Of a DNA stretch of 49,350 bases, positions 9,762-18,939 are shown piece after piece. Position numbers and translations under genes: made by a program. The notes below the pieces were generated by a model, which saw only the letters and a program-made list of their open reading frames with translations, made no database searches and had not been told where the DNA came from. The stretch lies in the sequence record DRR378314_99, one strand, 5' to 3'. The first letter of the stretch is position 1, and each line of letters begins with the position of its first letter.

Positions 9762-9986
9762 TTAGTCGCCATCGGTGCTCAAGGAGTTACCCTCTTCCCG
9801 GGTTGGCCAATCCTTGATGAATAATTGCCAGCCAGCAATGCCGCCCAATGCCCCAAACAATGCCCCCCAAAAGGGACCTCCCATGGTGAACTCCAACGCC
9901 GCCCACCCAAGGCAAATGGCGATCACGACCACACGTCGCCACATAGGGTAAAAGAATGGCACTTGAAGGTCGAATTGTGAACTCAT
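9762..9986 (-). CDS. Small two-helix membrane protein (DUF3329-like)
   Basis: PFFYPMWRR followed by two hydrophobic segments; overlaps the iolG stop. Confidence 0.65.
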   Translation of the reverse strand: MSSQFDLQVPFFYPMWRRVVVIAICLGWAALEFTMGGPFWGALFGALGGIAGWQLFIKDWPTREEGNSLSTDGD

Positions 9987-10990
9987 GCTGTCAGGATCTC
10001 ATCCAGCCGAACCAAACGTCCTTCGGTCACGGATCTTAAGGCGGCGTCAGCCAGCGCCAGCGCCTTCAGCCCGTCATCACCGGTTGTTGGTGGCGTCGTG
10101 CCGTTTTGTGCCGCTTCGACGAAGGCCGTGATCTCGGCGGCATATGCGGCTGAATAACGCGTCATAAAAAAGTCGAGCAACGGTGGCTGCTGATAGCCTG
10201 CGGTATTGGCCAAAGTCACGCGGTTTTCGTGGGTGTTGGCCGCCGAGGCCATACCGTCCGAGCCATGCACCTCGACGCGCTGGTCATAGCCATAGGTCGC
10301 GCGACGCGAGTTGGTGATGACGGCCTGACGCCCCGAGGCGGTGCACAATATCACGTTGGCGCTGTCGAAATCGCCCAGCTCTCCGATTTGCGGGTCGACC
10401 AGAACGCTGGCTGCGGCCTGAACGGTTTCGACCTCTTCGCCCAGCATCCACCGGGCGACGTCGAAATCATGAATAGTCATATCGCGGAAAATTCCGCCCG
10501 AGCGCTGTATATACTCGGCAGGGGGCGGGCCGGGGTCGCGGCTGGTGATTGTCACCATCTCGACCTTGCCGATCTGGCCAACGTCTATGGCTTTCTTCAA
10601 CGCGTTGAAATCCGGGTCAAAGCGACGGTTGAAGCCAACCATCAGTGTGCCGTTGGTTTGTTTGACGACCTCAAGGCATTGCTGAACACGGGCCAAATCA
10701 AGGTCAATCGGTTTTTCGCAGAATACCGCCTTGGATACGCGACAGAAGCGCTCGATCAGGTCAGCATGGGTGTCTGTGGGTGTGCAGATCACCACTGCAT
10801 CTACGTCGCCTGAGGCTTCGATCTCGTCGATGCTGCGGATATCGCAGCCATATTTTGAGGCGAGTGCATCGGCGGCTTCATGAAAAGGGTCAGCAACTGC
10901 GGCAAGTGTCGCGCCGGGTACCGAGGCGATGGCCGTCGCGTGGACCTGTCCGATCCGCCCGGCTCCCAAGACTGCAAAATTAAGTCCCAT
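9983..10990 (-). CDS. iolG: myo-inositol 2-dehydrogenase
   Basis: Motifs GAGRIG, CEKP, GFNRRFD, SRDP, SGGIFRDMTIHDFD and YGYDQRVE. Confidence 0.92.
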   Translation of the reverse strand: MGLNFAVLGAGRIGQVHATAIASVPGATLAAVADPFHEAADALASKYGCDIRSIDEIEASGDVDAVVICTPTDTHADLIERFCRVSKAVFCEKPIDLDLARVQQCLEVVKQTNGTLMVGFNRRFDPDFNALKKAIDVGQIGKVEMVTITSRDPGPPPAEYIQRSGGIFRDMTIHDFDVARWMLGEEVETVQAAASVLVDPQIGELGDFDSANVILCTASGRQAVITNSRRATYGYDQRVEVHGSDGMASAANTHENRVTLANTAGYQQPPLLDFFMTRYSAAYAAEITAFVEAAQNGTTPPTTGDDGLKALALADAALRSVTEGRLVRLDEILTA

Positions 10991-11045
10991 CGAAATTCCT
11001 TTTCACCGGGCAGATCATCATTTGGTACAGGCTGGAAGCCGCCGA

Positions 11046-11828
11046 TTAAACAGCGGCATCCATGTATTCTTCGCCGGTCTTGGCGCCGGTGATATAGGAC
11101 ACGACATCCTCACCGGTAAAATTCTCATTCTTGATGTCGAGATTGGCGCAGATGCGGCCACGACGGAACACGATAATGCGATCGACCAGATCAAAGACCT
11201 GCCGCATGTTGTGGCTGACTAGGATCAGAGGTTCGCCCGCTTCCTTGAGGGTGCGGATGATGTTCTCGACTTGCGCCGTTTCCTGAACACCCAACGCGGC
11301 GGTCGGTTCGTCCATGATGGTCAGTTTCGACGCAAAAGTCGCTGTCCGGGCAATTGCCACACATTGGCGCTGGCCACCCGACATGTTGCGGATGGAATTC
11401 CTGATATTCGGGATTTTTACCCCAGTCTTTTCAAGACCCGCCATCGTTGCATCGCGCATAGCTTTATAGTCCAGAAACCTGAACGGACCCAACCAATCAT
11501 ATTTGGTTATTTCGCGGCCCAGGAACAGGTTATCGGGAACGTTCAATTCGTCAGCGAGGGCCAACGTCTGGAACACTGTTTCAATTCCGGCTTCACGTGC
11601 ATCGAGCGGGCCGGTGAAATTCACCTCCTGTCCGTCGAAGAAAACCTGACCGCTGGTTTTCTGCTCCACGCCCGTGATCTGACGAACAAATGTCGATTTA
11701 CCGGCGCCGTTGTCCCCCATAACTGCAATATGTTCGCCTTTTCGTAGCGTCACGTTCGCATCGTTCAGGGCATGAACACCACCATAGTGTTTGGTCAGGC
11801 CTTTTGTTTCGAGAATGATATCGCTCAT
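11046..11828 (-). CDS. Sugar ABC transporter ATP-binding protein (single domain)
   Basis: Walker A GDNGAGKS, signature MSGGQRQ and Walker B IMDEPT. Confidence 0.93.
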   Translation of the reverse strand: MSDIILETKGLTKHYGGVHALNDANVTLRKGEHIAVMGDNGAGKSTFVRQITGVEQKTSGQVFFDGQEVNFTGPLDAREAGIETVFQTLALADELNVPDNLFLGREITKYDWLGPFRFLDYKAMRDATMAGLEKTGVKIPNIRNSIRNMSGGQRQCVAIARTATFASKLTIMDEPTAALGVQETAQVENIIRTLKEAGEPLILVSHNMRQVFDLVDRIIVFRRGRICANLDIKNENFTGEDVVSYITGAKTGEEYMDAAV

Positions 11829-11844
11829 TTTCTAATACTCCTGC

Positions 11845-12927
11845 TCAAGCGCGATTCTTTTGTCGGTACTGGTCAAGAACCACCGCCGCAATAATGATGC
11901 CACCCATGGCCATGAGTTGGTACGAGCCATCCAGTTTGACGAACGTAAAGCCCGAGCGAATGACGCCAAGTACCATTGCTCCAAGCACAGTACCAATGAT
12001 CGAACCGCGACCACCGGTTAGGCTGATGCCGCCGATTACGGCCATCGCAATGGCGAACAGTTCATAGAACTCACCCATACCAGCCTGCGCGGTTGACGCT
12101 TTGGAGCTGAGGACAATCCCTGCAAACGCTGCGAGCATCGAAGCGATCATATAGACCTTGACCTTATGGCGTTTGACGTCAATTCCCGACATCCTCGCGG
12201 CATCTTCGTTCGAACCGATCGCATACGTGTGTTTGCCATAAAGTGTGCGTGTCATGATCACGTGGAAAACCGCCGCCAAGATCAAAAACCAGACGACCGG
12301 CATCATCCCCGACCCGATAAATGCATAGGATTTAGTCGGGAAGGAAATTGGGTTACCACTTGACCACCACAGCGCGATTCCACGGCAGACAAGGAACATG
12401 CCCAATGTCGCGATAAACGGTGGAATGCGCAGGTGGGCAATGAAGACACCGTTGATGAACCCGATAAATGCACCGAATGCGAGACCGACGATGATCGGAA
12501 TGAGTACTGGAAGGTCCATGGCCCAGAGGCCAAAAAGCGCTTTCGGGTTCGGATTTCCGTTGACCAGTTCGGTTTGCGCAAAACTCATCGCGATCATTGC
12601 TGTCGCGGCAACCAAGGGGCCTGAACTAAGGTCGATGCCAGCAGTGATAATCACCTGAGTTACGCCAAGGGCGATAATTCCGATAATAGCGACTTGCAAA
12701 ATGATGATCTGCAGTCTGGCAACGTTAAACATGCCGAATACGCCGTCGAATCGGTCTTTGCTATCGAAGAGAAAACTCTGCCCATTCATGTAGGGCAGCA
12801 CCTGCCCCAAAATTTCGAATATTGCGATAATAATGAAAAGCGCAAAAAGCACATTCATCTCACTGGGCCAAGATCTTTTGCTCTTGTCGAAGGTTAGACC
12901 GCCAGTGCCATGGCTGGTATCAGACAT
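11845..12927 (-). CDS. Sugar ABC transporter permease (RbsC type)
   Basis: Motifs GIDLS, IPPFIATLG, YAIGSNEDAARMSGI and IGGISLTGG; many transmembrane segments. Confidence 0.93.
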   Translation of the reverse strand: MSDTSHGTGGLTFDKSKRSWPSEMNVLFALFIIIAIFEILGQVLPYMNGQSFLFDSKDRFDGVFGMFNVARLQIIILQVAIIGIIALGVTQVIITAGIDLSSGPLVAATAMIAMSFAQTELVNGNPNPKALFGLWAMDLPVLIPIIVGLAFGAFIGFINGVFIAHLRIPPFIATLGMFLVCRGIALWWSSGNPISFPTKSYAFIGSGMMPVVWFLILAAVFHVIMTRTLYGKHTYAIGSNEDAARMSGIDVKRHKVKVYMIASMLAAFAGIVLSSKASTAQAGMGEFYELFAIAMAVIGGISLTGGRGSIIGTVLGAMVLGVIRSGFTFVKLDGSYQLMAMGGIIIAAVVLDQYRQKNRA

Positions 12928-13011
12928 TTATTAAGGCTCCCGTTAGCGCTTTTAAAGTTGGGAAGGCGCGCATGGCGCCGCCCCGTAATGTTTAGAAGCA
13001 GTTGCTTCGAA

Positions 13012-13950
13012 TTAGTTCTTTGAAAGAAACTCATCCATGTTTGCAGGCGTAACCAGCTTGAATGGGATGTAAACTTTCTGATCAACAGTCTCACCTGCAA
13101 CCAGTTTCAGTGCTGTGTTGACTGATCCGGCACCCTGACCAAACGCGTCCTGGAATACAGTCACGTCATAGTCACCGGCTTGCATTGACAACAGCGCGTC
13201 TTGGCTGGCGTCAACACCGCCAACCTGTACGTCGGCCATATCCATGCCCGCAGCTTTCATAGCCTGGATCGCGCCAATCGCCATTTCGTCATTGTTCGCG
13301 AGAACAAAATCAAATGGCTCCCCAGCTGACATCCAATTGGTCATAAGGTCTTGTGCTTCATCGCGGGACCAGTTTGCGGTCTGCTCGTCGATGATGGTCA
13401 TGAAACTACACATGTCCATGCCGATAACGTCATAGACGTCCTTAGTCCGCTGAACGGCGGCCTGGTTGGAGAGCTGACCATTCATCAGGTAGCCACGAGC
13501 GCCGCCGGCTTTGCCGTCTGCCCGAAGGTTGTTACAGACTTGGAAAGCCGACAATGTGCCGGATTCGATTTCGTTCGAGGCCACGAAAGCTTGTGTCGGC
13601 GGCAATTCGTTTACGTTGTCGGGTTCGCGGTTCACGAAGACCAGCGGCACGTTGCCGGCTGCCTCGGTGATTGCGGCCCCGGCCGAGGTATCAACGATGT
13701 TCACAATGATCGCGTCAACGCCGGATGCAACGAAGTTCTTAACCTGATCGATTTGCTTGGCCAGATCGTCTGTTGCATCTTCCATTTGAAGGCTGACACC
13801 GTCCAGGCTCGCTGCGTGCTCGGTCATACCGTTGCGCATAACTGTCAGCCAGTTATCGTCGAACCTCGAAATCGTCGCACCGATTTCCTGTGCCATCGCG
13901 GTCGTGGACATCAGAGCCGTCAGTCCGAGTGCTACAAGAGACTTTTTCAT
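13012..13950 (-). CDS. Sugar ABC transporter periplasmic binding protein (inositol/rhizopine-binding type)
   Basis: Signal peptide; motifs RFDDNW, VNREP, NWSRD, ANNDEMAIGA and TVFQD. Confidence 0.92.
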   Translation of the reverse strand: MKKSLVALGLTALMSTTAMAQEIGATISRFDDNWLTVMRNGMTEHAASLDGVSLQMEDATDDLAKQIDQVKNFVASGVDAIIVNIVDTSAGAAITEAAGNVPLVFVNREPDNVNELPPTQAFVASNEIESGTLSAFQVCNNLRADGKAGGARGYLMNGQLSNQAAVQRTKDVYDVIGMDMCSFMTIIDEQTANWSRDEAQDLMTNWMSAGEPFDFVLANNDEMAIGAIQAMKAAGMDMADVQVGGVDASQDALLSMQAGDYDVTVFQDAFGQGAGSVNTALKLVAGETVDQKVYIPFKLVTPANMDEFLSKN

Positions 13951-14037
13951 GAGTTTCCTCCCAGAATTGGTGCCGGCACACCGATAATTTTGTCGCCGGA
14001 CCCCCGGATAGGGGGCAATGAAATCATCGAACGCCCA

Positions 14038-14856
14038 CTACGCAGCCCTAGCCTGCAAGCGGGTTTCGATGAATTGAATTGACCGCGAAAGCGCTGCTTT
14101 CGGATGGGTGATGTCGTGAATTTCGGGGGCGAAGACCTCGAATGAGATAGGCCCGACATACCCTTGCGCCAGCAGCTGTTGTAGCTGTGTGATGTTACCA
14201 ATCCGATCGTTGGCATCCACCAGCACCCGGTGTGCATCCTGCATTTGATCATTGTCCGGACCGGGATCGGTCACGCCTGACACATGAATGATACCTGTGC
14301 GCTCGGCGAACAGGTCGGCTTCACCTGACAGTGAGTGGTGGAACGTATCATGCACCAGTTTGAACGTGTCGCCGCCGTCCACAGCGTCAATTGCAGACAC
14401 AGCTTCGGATTTGAGACGCATACCGCAGCTTGCGAACCCCAGCGGTTCAACCAGCCCAGTCAGCCCGTGTTCGTTTAGCATTGGCTTCAATGCGCGCAGG
14501 GCTGTTTGCAGATCATTGCGACGCTCGGCCTTGCCCAGCCGCCGCCCGTCGTTGCGCGGGATCAGGGCGATAGCCTCAGCCCCGCAGGCAGCGGCTGTTT
14601 CCATCAGCACCTGCGCTTCGATTTCGCGCGCGTCTGACCAGTCGTTGAACATTTTAACCTCGGCCAGCGCCAGAATGCGCACACCTTTTTCGCTAGCCAA
14701 ATCCATTGCCGCAGAAGGTGAAAGGCCATCAAACAGGAGGCTCCCAAGGTCATTGCGGACCTCCACACCGATACACCCAAGGCTGGCTGCCATATCCAGC
14801 AGCGCAGGCCAGGATCTGTGTCTCACGGTCATGTGGTTTAATGCAAACTGCACCAA
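14038..14856 (-). CDS. Xylose-isomerase-like TIM barrel protein (IolI-like inosose isomerase)
   Basis: Motifs FALNH, EVRNDL, VEPLGF, DTFHH, HVSG and SFE; GGAGG RBS. The start may be 14853. Confidence 0.78.
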   Translation of the reverse strand: MVQFALNHMTVRHRSWPALLDMAASLGCIGVEVRNDLGSLLFDGLSPSAAMDLASEKGVRILALAEVKMFNDWSDAREIEAQVLMETAAACGAEAIALIPRNDGRRLGKAERRNDLQTALRALKPMLNEHGLTGLVEPLGFASCGMRLKSEAVSAIDAVDGGDTFKLVHDTFHHSLSGEADLFAERTGIIHVSGVTDPGPDNDQMQDAHRVLVDANDRIGNITQLQQLLAQGYVGPISFEVFAPEIHDITHPKAALSRSIQFIETRLQARAA

Positions 14857-14944
14857 CCTTACCTCCCTTTAGGCCAGAAGCAGCCAGCGTCAGGCGATTC
14901 CGGATTGTGGCTAGAGTGGCGGAAAGGAGGGCTTGGGTCAATGA

Positions 14945-14968
14945 TTTATTGCAACCGGTTGCAATAAA
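14945..14968. promoter_or_regulatory. 24 bp perfect palindrome TTTATTGCAACCGGTTGCAATAAA, probable LacI operator
   Basis: Same core as 5376-5391; lies upstream of the iolI-ABC-iolG-lacI operon. Confidence 0.82.
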
Positions 14969-15112
14969 AATATTAAGATCAAGTGGGCTTTTGTCGCCAT
15001 CGTGCACCTGAACCGATAAAAAACTCAGCAAGGTCCGGTTTTCGGAATTGGACTGCAATTCTATCGTAGGCGGCATTTTCTGTGCAATATTTGCGTAATT
15101 ATCGCAATGATA

Positions 15113-15126
15113 GCAATGATCATTGC
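15113..15126. promoter_or_regulatory. Palindrome GCAATGATCATTGC (GCAA-N6-TTGC), candidate RpiR autoregulatory site
   Basis: Perfect 14 bp palindrome about 30 bp upstream of the RpiR start; the same GCAA-N6-TTGC pattern occurs at 18857-18870. Confidence 0.5.
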
Positions 15127-15157
15127 ATGGTCACGCCGAAAAGGAAACAAGCAAGAT

Positions 15158-16024
15158 ATGACAACCCAATTTCCGCCCCGAAAATACGAAGACCTCACGC
15201 GTATCATCCACGAGCGTCACGCGGGCATGAGCAAGGGGTATCAGAAGATCGCACTCTATTTGACGCAGAATCCCAATGACGTGGCGGTGAAGTCGCTGAA
15301 TGCCATCGCACGGGACAGCGGCGTACACGCCTCCAGCTTTGTGCGCTTTGCCCAATCTCTGGGGTTCGAAGGTTTCAAGGAAGTGCAGACCTTGTTTCAG
15401 GACAAGCTGACCACCGCTGCGCCGGGGTTCGAGGCGCGCAAGAAAGCTTTGGAAGAAGATCTCATGGCACGTTCCGGGGCAGGGGCCGAAACCCCGCTGT
15501 CGGAATTGGTTGTGCGCGATATTGCTGTGCTTGAGGGGCTTCTGACCACCGTCAGCGAAGCCGAGTTAAAGTCCGCGGCGCGGCTGTTGCATAACGCATC
15601 CACGGTTTACGTGATCGGTCAGTTGCGTTCCGCTCCGGTGGCGGAACTCTTCCGCTATGTACTCACGATGCTGGGTAAGAAAACAGTTTTGCTGGATTCC
15701 AGCGGTGGGCTGGCCACTCATGTGGCGCGTACCATTGCGCGGGGGGATGTTCTCTTGGCGGTGTCGTTCCGGTTCTACGCCAATGAGGTGGTGAATATCG
15801 TCGAAGAGGCGGCGCGCAACGATGTGCCGATTATCGGCATCTCGGATTCATCCCTGTCGCCGCTGGCAAAATGCTCGGACCCGCTGTTCGTGGTGCCCGA
15901 GCATGAATATACATTCTCACGTTCATTAGCGGCGCCGATGTGTCTAGCGCAGGCGATCATGTTGTCACTTGCGGATCTGCAACAGGGTGAAGACCCGCGC
16001 ATTCCGACGGTAACGACCGAATAG
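15158..16024 (+). CDS. RpiR/MurR-family regulator (IolR-like)
   Basis: HTH VHASSFVRFAQSLGFEGF, SIS domain SFRFYA, and FSRSLAAPMCL. Start placed at ATG 15158. Confidence 0.9.
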   Translation: MTTQFPPRKYEDLTRIIHERHAGMSKGYQKIALYLTQNPNDVAVKSLNAIARDSGVHASSFVRFAQSLGFEGFKEVQTLFQDKLTTAAPGFEARKKALEEDLMARSGAGAETPLSELVVRDIAVLEGLLTTVSEAELKSAARLLHNASTVYVIGQLRSAPVAELFRYVLTMLGKKTVLLDSSGGLATHVARTIARGDVLLAVSFRFYANEVVNIVEEAARNDVPIIGISDSSLSPLAKCSDPLFVVPEHEYTFSRSLAAPMCLAQAIMLSLADLQQGEDPRIPTVTTE

Positions 16025-16037
16025 TCCACGCCGCCTC

Positions 16038-16940
16038 TCAACCCTTGCCAACCTCATAGCCCGCCGCCGCCATCACTCGCAGCAACTCTTTGTGACCTTT
16101 TTTGGCCATATCCAACGGTGGGTTGGTGACCGGGTCTTGTTCAGCCTCGACCACAAACCAGCCCTCATAACCAACTGAGGCCAGTCGTTTCACAATGATC
16201 TCAAAGTCAAGAGAGCCATCGCCGGGCACGGTAAAGGCGCCCTTGACAACCGCATTCAGAAAACTCTCTTTCGAGCGGTCCAGGCCATTGATGACATCCA
16301 TGCGCACGTCTTTGGTGTGGACATGGTTGATCCGCCCGTGATGATTGTCGATCACCCGCAGCACATCGCCGCCGGCAAAGGCCATATGTCCTGCGTCAAA
16401 CAACAACGGCAAAGCTTCACCCGAATTGCTCATGAGCAAGTCCAGCTCGGCCTCGGTCTCAATTGGCGCGGCCATGTGGTGGTGATAGGATAGGGGCATG
16501 CCCTCATCGGCGCACCATTCGGCAAAGGCGGTCAGCTTGCGGCCATAGACCTTGATCTGGTCCTCGTCTAAACGCAGCTTGGTCGACAGCGGCGCCTTGG
16601 GGTTGCCCTGAATGGTGCCCGCTGTTTCACCATAAACAATGCAAGGCGCACCGGTGGCAATGAACAGCGCCATCTGTTCATCAATCCTCGCCTTTTCGGC
16701 CTCTAGGTCTCCCTCAAGCAATAGACCCGAGAACCAGCCGCCACAGACCTGAATGCCATACTGACACAAGGCCGGGCAGAGGACATCCGGGTCCATCGGA
16801 AACCGGCGTCCGGTCTCCATTCCGGTATAGCCCGCGACGCTGGCCTGCCGCAGGCACTCCTCAAGCGAGACATCATCGCTGAGCTCTTCAAGATCGTCAT
16901 TCCACCATGCTATAGGCGCGATTCCAAGTTTTGCCTTCAT
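16038..16940 (-). CDS. iolE: myo-inosose-2 dehydratase
   Basis: Motifs GIAPIAWWNDD, YHHHM, DAGH, HVHTKD, FTVPGDG and VEAEQDP. Confidence 0.92.
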   Translation of the reverse strand: MKAKLGIAPIAWWNDDLEELSDDVSLEECLRQASVAGYTGMETGRRFPMDPDVLCPALCQYGIQVCGGWFSGLLLEGDLEAEKARIDEQMALFIATGAPCIVYGETAGTIQGNPKAPLSTKLRLDEDQIKVYGRKLTAFAEWCADEGMPLSYHHHMAAPIETEAELDLLMSNSGEALPLLFDAGHMAFAGGDVLRVIDNHHGRINHVHTKDVRMDVINGLDRSKESFLNAVVKGAFTVPGDGSLDFEIIVKRLASVGYEGWFVVEAEQDPVTNPPLDMAKKGHKELLRVMAAAGYEVGKG

Positions 16941-16943
16941 GGG

Positions 16944-18791
16944 TTAGACTCCATTTCGTTGTTTAGCGCGAATGTCGTCGTGATCCTTGCGGGCTGCAAC
17001 TACTTCTTTGCGGTCTGAGACCTCGGGCACGCCCACGTCCCAAGCCGCATCGCCGGGAGTCCACGAGAATGCATCTGACGCCAGCGTAAGAACCGTGGTC
17101 CGGTCATTGGCCTGCGCCCATTTCATCGCTTCGTCAAGTTCTCCGAGCGTTTCGACACGACGCGCCAGCGCGCCCATCGATTCGGCGTGTTTGGCAAAGT
17201 CAACCGAGAAGGGTTCTTTGACGCACGCATCCTTGATCAGGTTGTTGAATGACTTGCCGCCCTTGTAGTTTTGCAACCGGTTGATGATGGCAAAGCCGCC
17301 ATTGTCGGGGATCACCACAATCATTTTGTGTCCCGACAGAACCGATGAGTAGATGTCAGAGTTCATCATCATATAAGTACCGTCCCCGATCATCACGATT
17401 GGGGTGCGGGTGTCATCGGCCATGGCAGCCCCCCAAGCGGCGGGGATTTCATAGCCCATGCAGGAGAACCCGAATTCGGTGTCTACAGTGTTGGGGGTCT
17501 TGACCCGCCAACCCTTGTTCACCTCGCCCGGAGGCCCACCTGCAGCGGTGACGATCAGATCACGCTCGCCCGCATTGTCATGCAGAATTTTGACCACCTG
17601 CGCATAGGTCGGCAGCCGAGCGTTTGTCGGCTTTTGCAGTTCGTCCACCAGCGCGTTCCATTCGGCCATCTCGGCGCGGCCTTTGTTCATCCATGCCGGA
17701 TCAGCGGCCCAGTCGCCAAGGTCCGCGTCCATTTCCCTCATAGTTTCCAGCGCATCGCCCACCACACCAATTGCGCGATGTTTCACCGCGTCAAATCGTG
17801 CGGTGTTGACCGAGATGAACTGGGCGTCTTGGGCAAAACAGGTCCACGATCCTGTGGTGAAATCCTGAAGTCGCGTGCCAATGGCAAGAATCACGTCGGC
17901 CTCGGCGGCCATGGCATTGGCCGAAGACGAACCGGTCACGCCGATGGGCCCGACATTGACCGGGTGATCATGCACAATGCTGCCCTTGCCTGCGATGGTC
18001 TCGCAGATCGGGATGCCGCGGCGCTGTGCAATATCCGCCACCAACTCTTCGGCCATGGAATAACGCACGCCACCACCGGAAATGATCAGCGGGCGTATGG
18101 CCGATTTCAATGCTGCAAGCGCGCGGGCCAATTGCACCACATCTGGGCGCGGGCGTGGGATGTGATGAACTGTGGGTTCAAAGAACGCTTCCGGATAATC
18201 AAACGCAATCTCTTGTGTGTCCTGACACAGGCCAATGAACGCGGGGCCACAATCCGCTGGATCCAGCATCGCGGCAATCGCCTGCGGCATCGAGGAAATG
18301 ATCTGCTCGGGGTGGGTGATGCGATCCCAATAGCGGGTCACTGCCTTGAAGCTTTCGTTCACTGTAGTGGTCGGGCTGCTGAAGTGCTCAACCTGTTGCA
18401 GCACCGGGTCAGGACGACGGTTCGAAAATGTATCGCCGCTGATCAGCAATACCGGAAGGCGGTTGGAATGTGCCACACCTGCTGCGGTCACCATGTTGGT
18501 GGCACCGGGTCCTACCGAAGAGGTGGCGATCATCAGTTGGCGACGACGCTTGGCCTTGGCGAAGCCGATGGCGGCCAACGCCATGGATTGTTCGTTCTGG
18601 CCGCGCCATGTGGGCAGGATGTCTTGCACACCCTCAAGCGCTTGCGCAAAGCAGGTGACATTGCCATGGCCAAAAATCCCGAAGGCACCGGCAAACAACG
18701 GTACACGTTCGCCGTCAATCTCGGTGAACTGGTTGCACAAGTAGCGCACCAGAGCTTGTGCCATTGTCAGACGAATGGTTCCGTCAGCCAT
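16944..18791 (-). CDS. iolD: Trihydroxycyclohexanedione acylhydrolase (ThDP-dependent), copy 2
   Basis: Motifs TIRLTMAQA, GIFGHGNV, GQNEQSM, EFGFSCMGYEI and GDGTYMM; GGAGG RBS. Confidence 0.93.
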   Translation of the reverse strand: MADGTIRLTMAQALVRYLCNQFTEIDGERVPLFAGAFGIFGHGNVTCFAQALEGVQDILPTWRGQNEQSMALAAIGFAKAKRRRQLMIATSSVGPGATNMVTAAGVAHSNRLPVLLISGDTFSNRRPDPVLQQVEHFSSPTTTVNESFKAVTRYWDRITHPEQIISSMPQAIAAMLDPADCGPAFIGLCQDTQEIAFDYPEAFFEPTVHHIPRPRPDVVQLARALAALKSAIRPLIISGGGVRYSMAEELVADIAQRRGIPICETIAGKGSIVHDHPVNVGPIGVTGSSSANAMAAEADVILAIGTRLQDFTTGSWTCFAQDAQFISVNTARFDAVKHRAIGVVGDALETMREMDADLGDWAADPAWMNKGRAEMAEWNALVDELQKPTNARLPTYAQVVKILHDNAGERDLIVTAAGGPPGEVNKGWRVKTPNTVDTEFGFSCMGYEIPAAWGAAMADDTRTPIVMIGDGTYMMMNSDIYSSVLSGHKMIVVIPDNGGFAIINRLQNYKGGKSFNNLIKDACVKEPFSVDFAKHAESMGALARRVETLGELDEAMKWAQANDRTTVLTLASDAFSWTPGDAAWDVGVPEVSDRKEVVAARKDHDDIRAKQRNGV

Positions 18792-18827
18792 AGGGCGTCC
18801 TCCATTGGGTTTGAATCAGTTGATTGG

Positions 18828-18870
18828 GAAACATTTATTGACAAGTGATATTTTTAGCAACAACTATTGC
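18828..18870. promoter_or_regulatory. Divergent promoter with TTGACA (-35) and candidate RpiR boxes
   Basis: TTGACA at 18838-18843; GCAA-CAACTA-TTGC at 18857-18870; a degenerate GAAA-CATTTA-TTGA at 18828-18841. Confidence 0.5.
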
Positions 18871-18939
18871 AAGCATGGTGGTTTTGCAGTTTGCGACCGC
18901 ACACAGTCAACGCTCATAACGATCAAAGGCGATTCCATC

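Noticed and set aside
17580-18848. 422 aa plus-strand ORF
   Set aside because: Antisense to iolD copy 2, with no recognisable family motifs.
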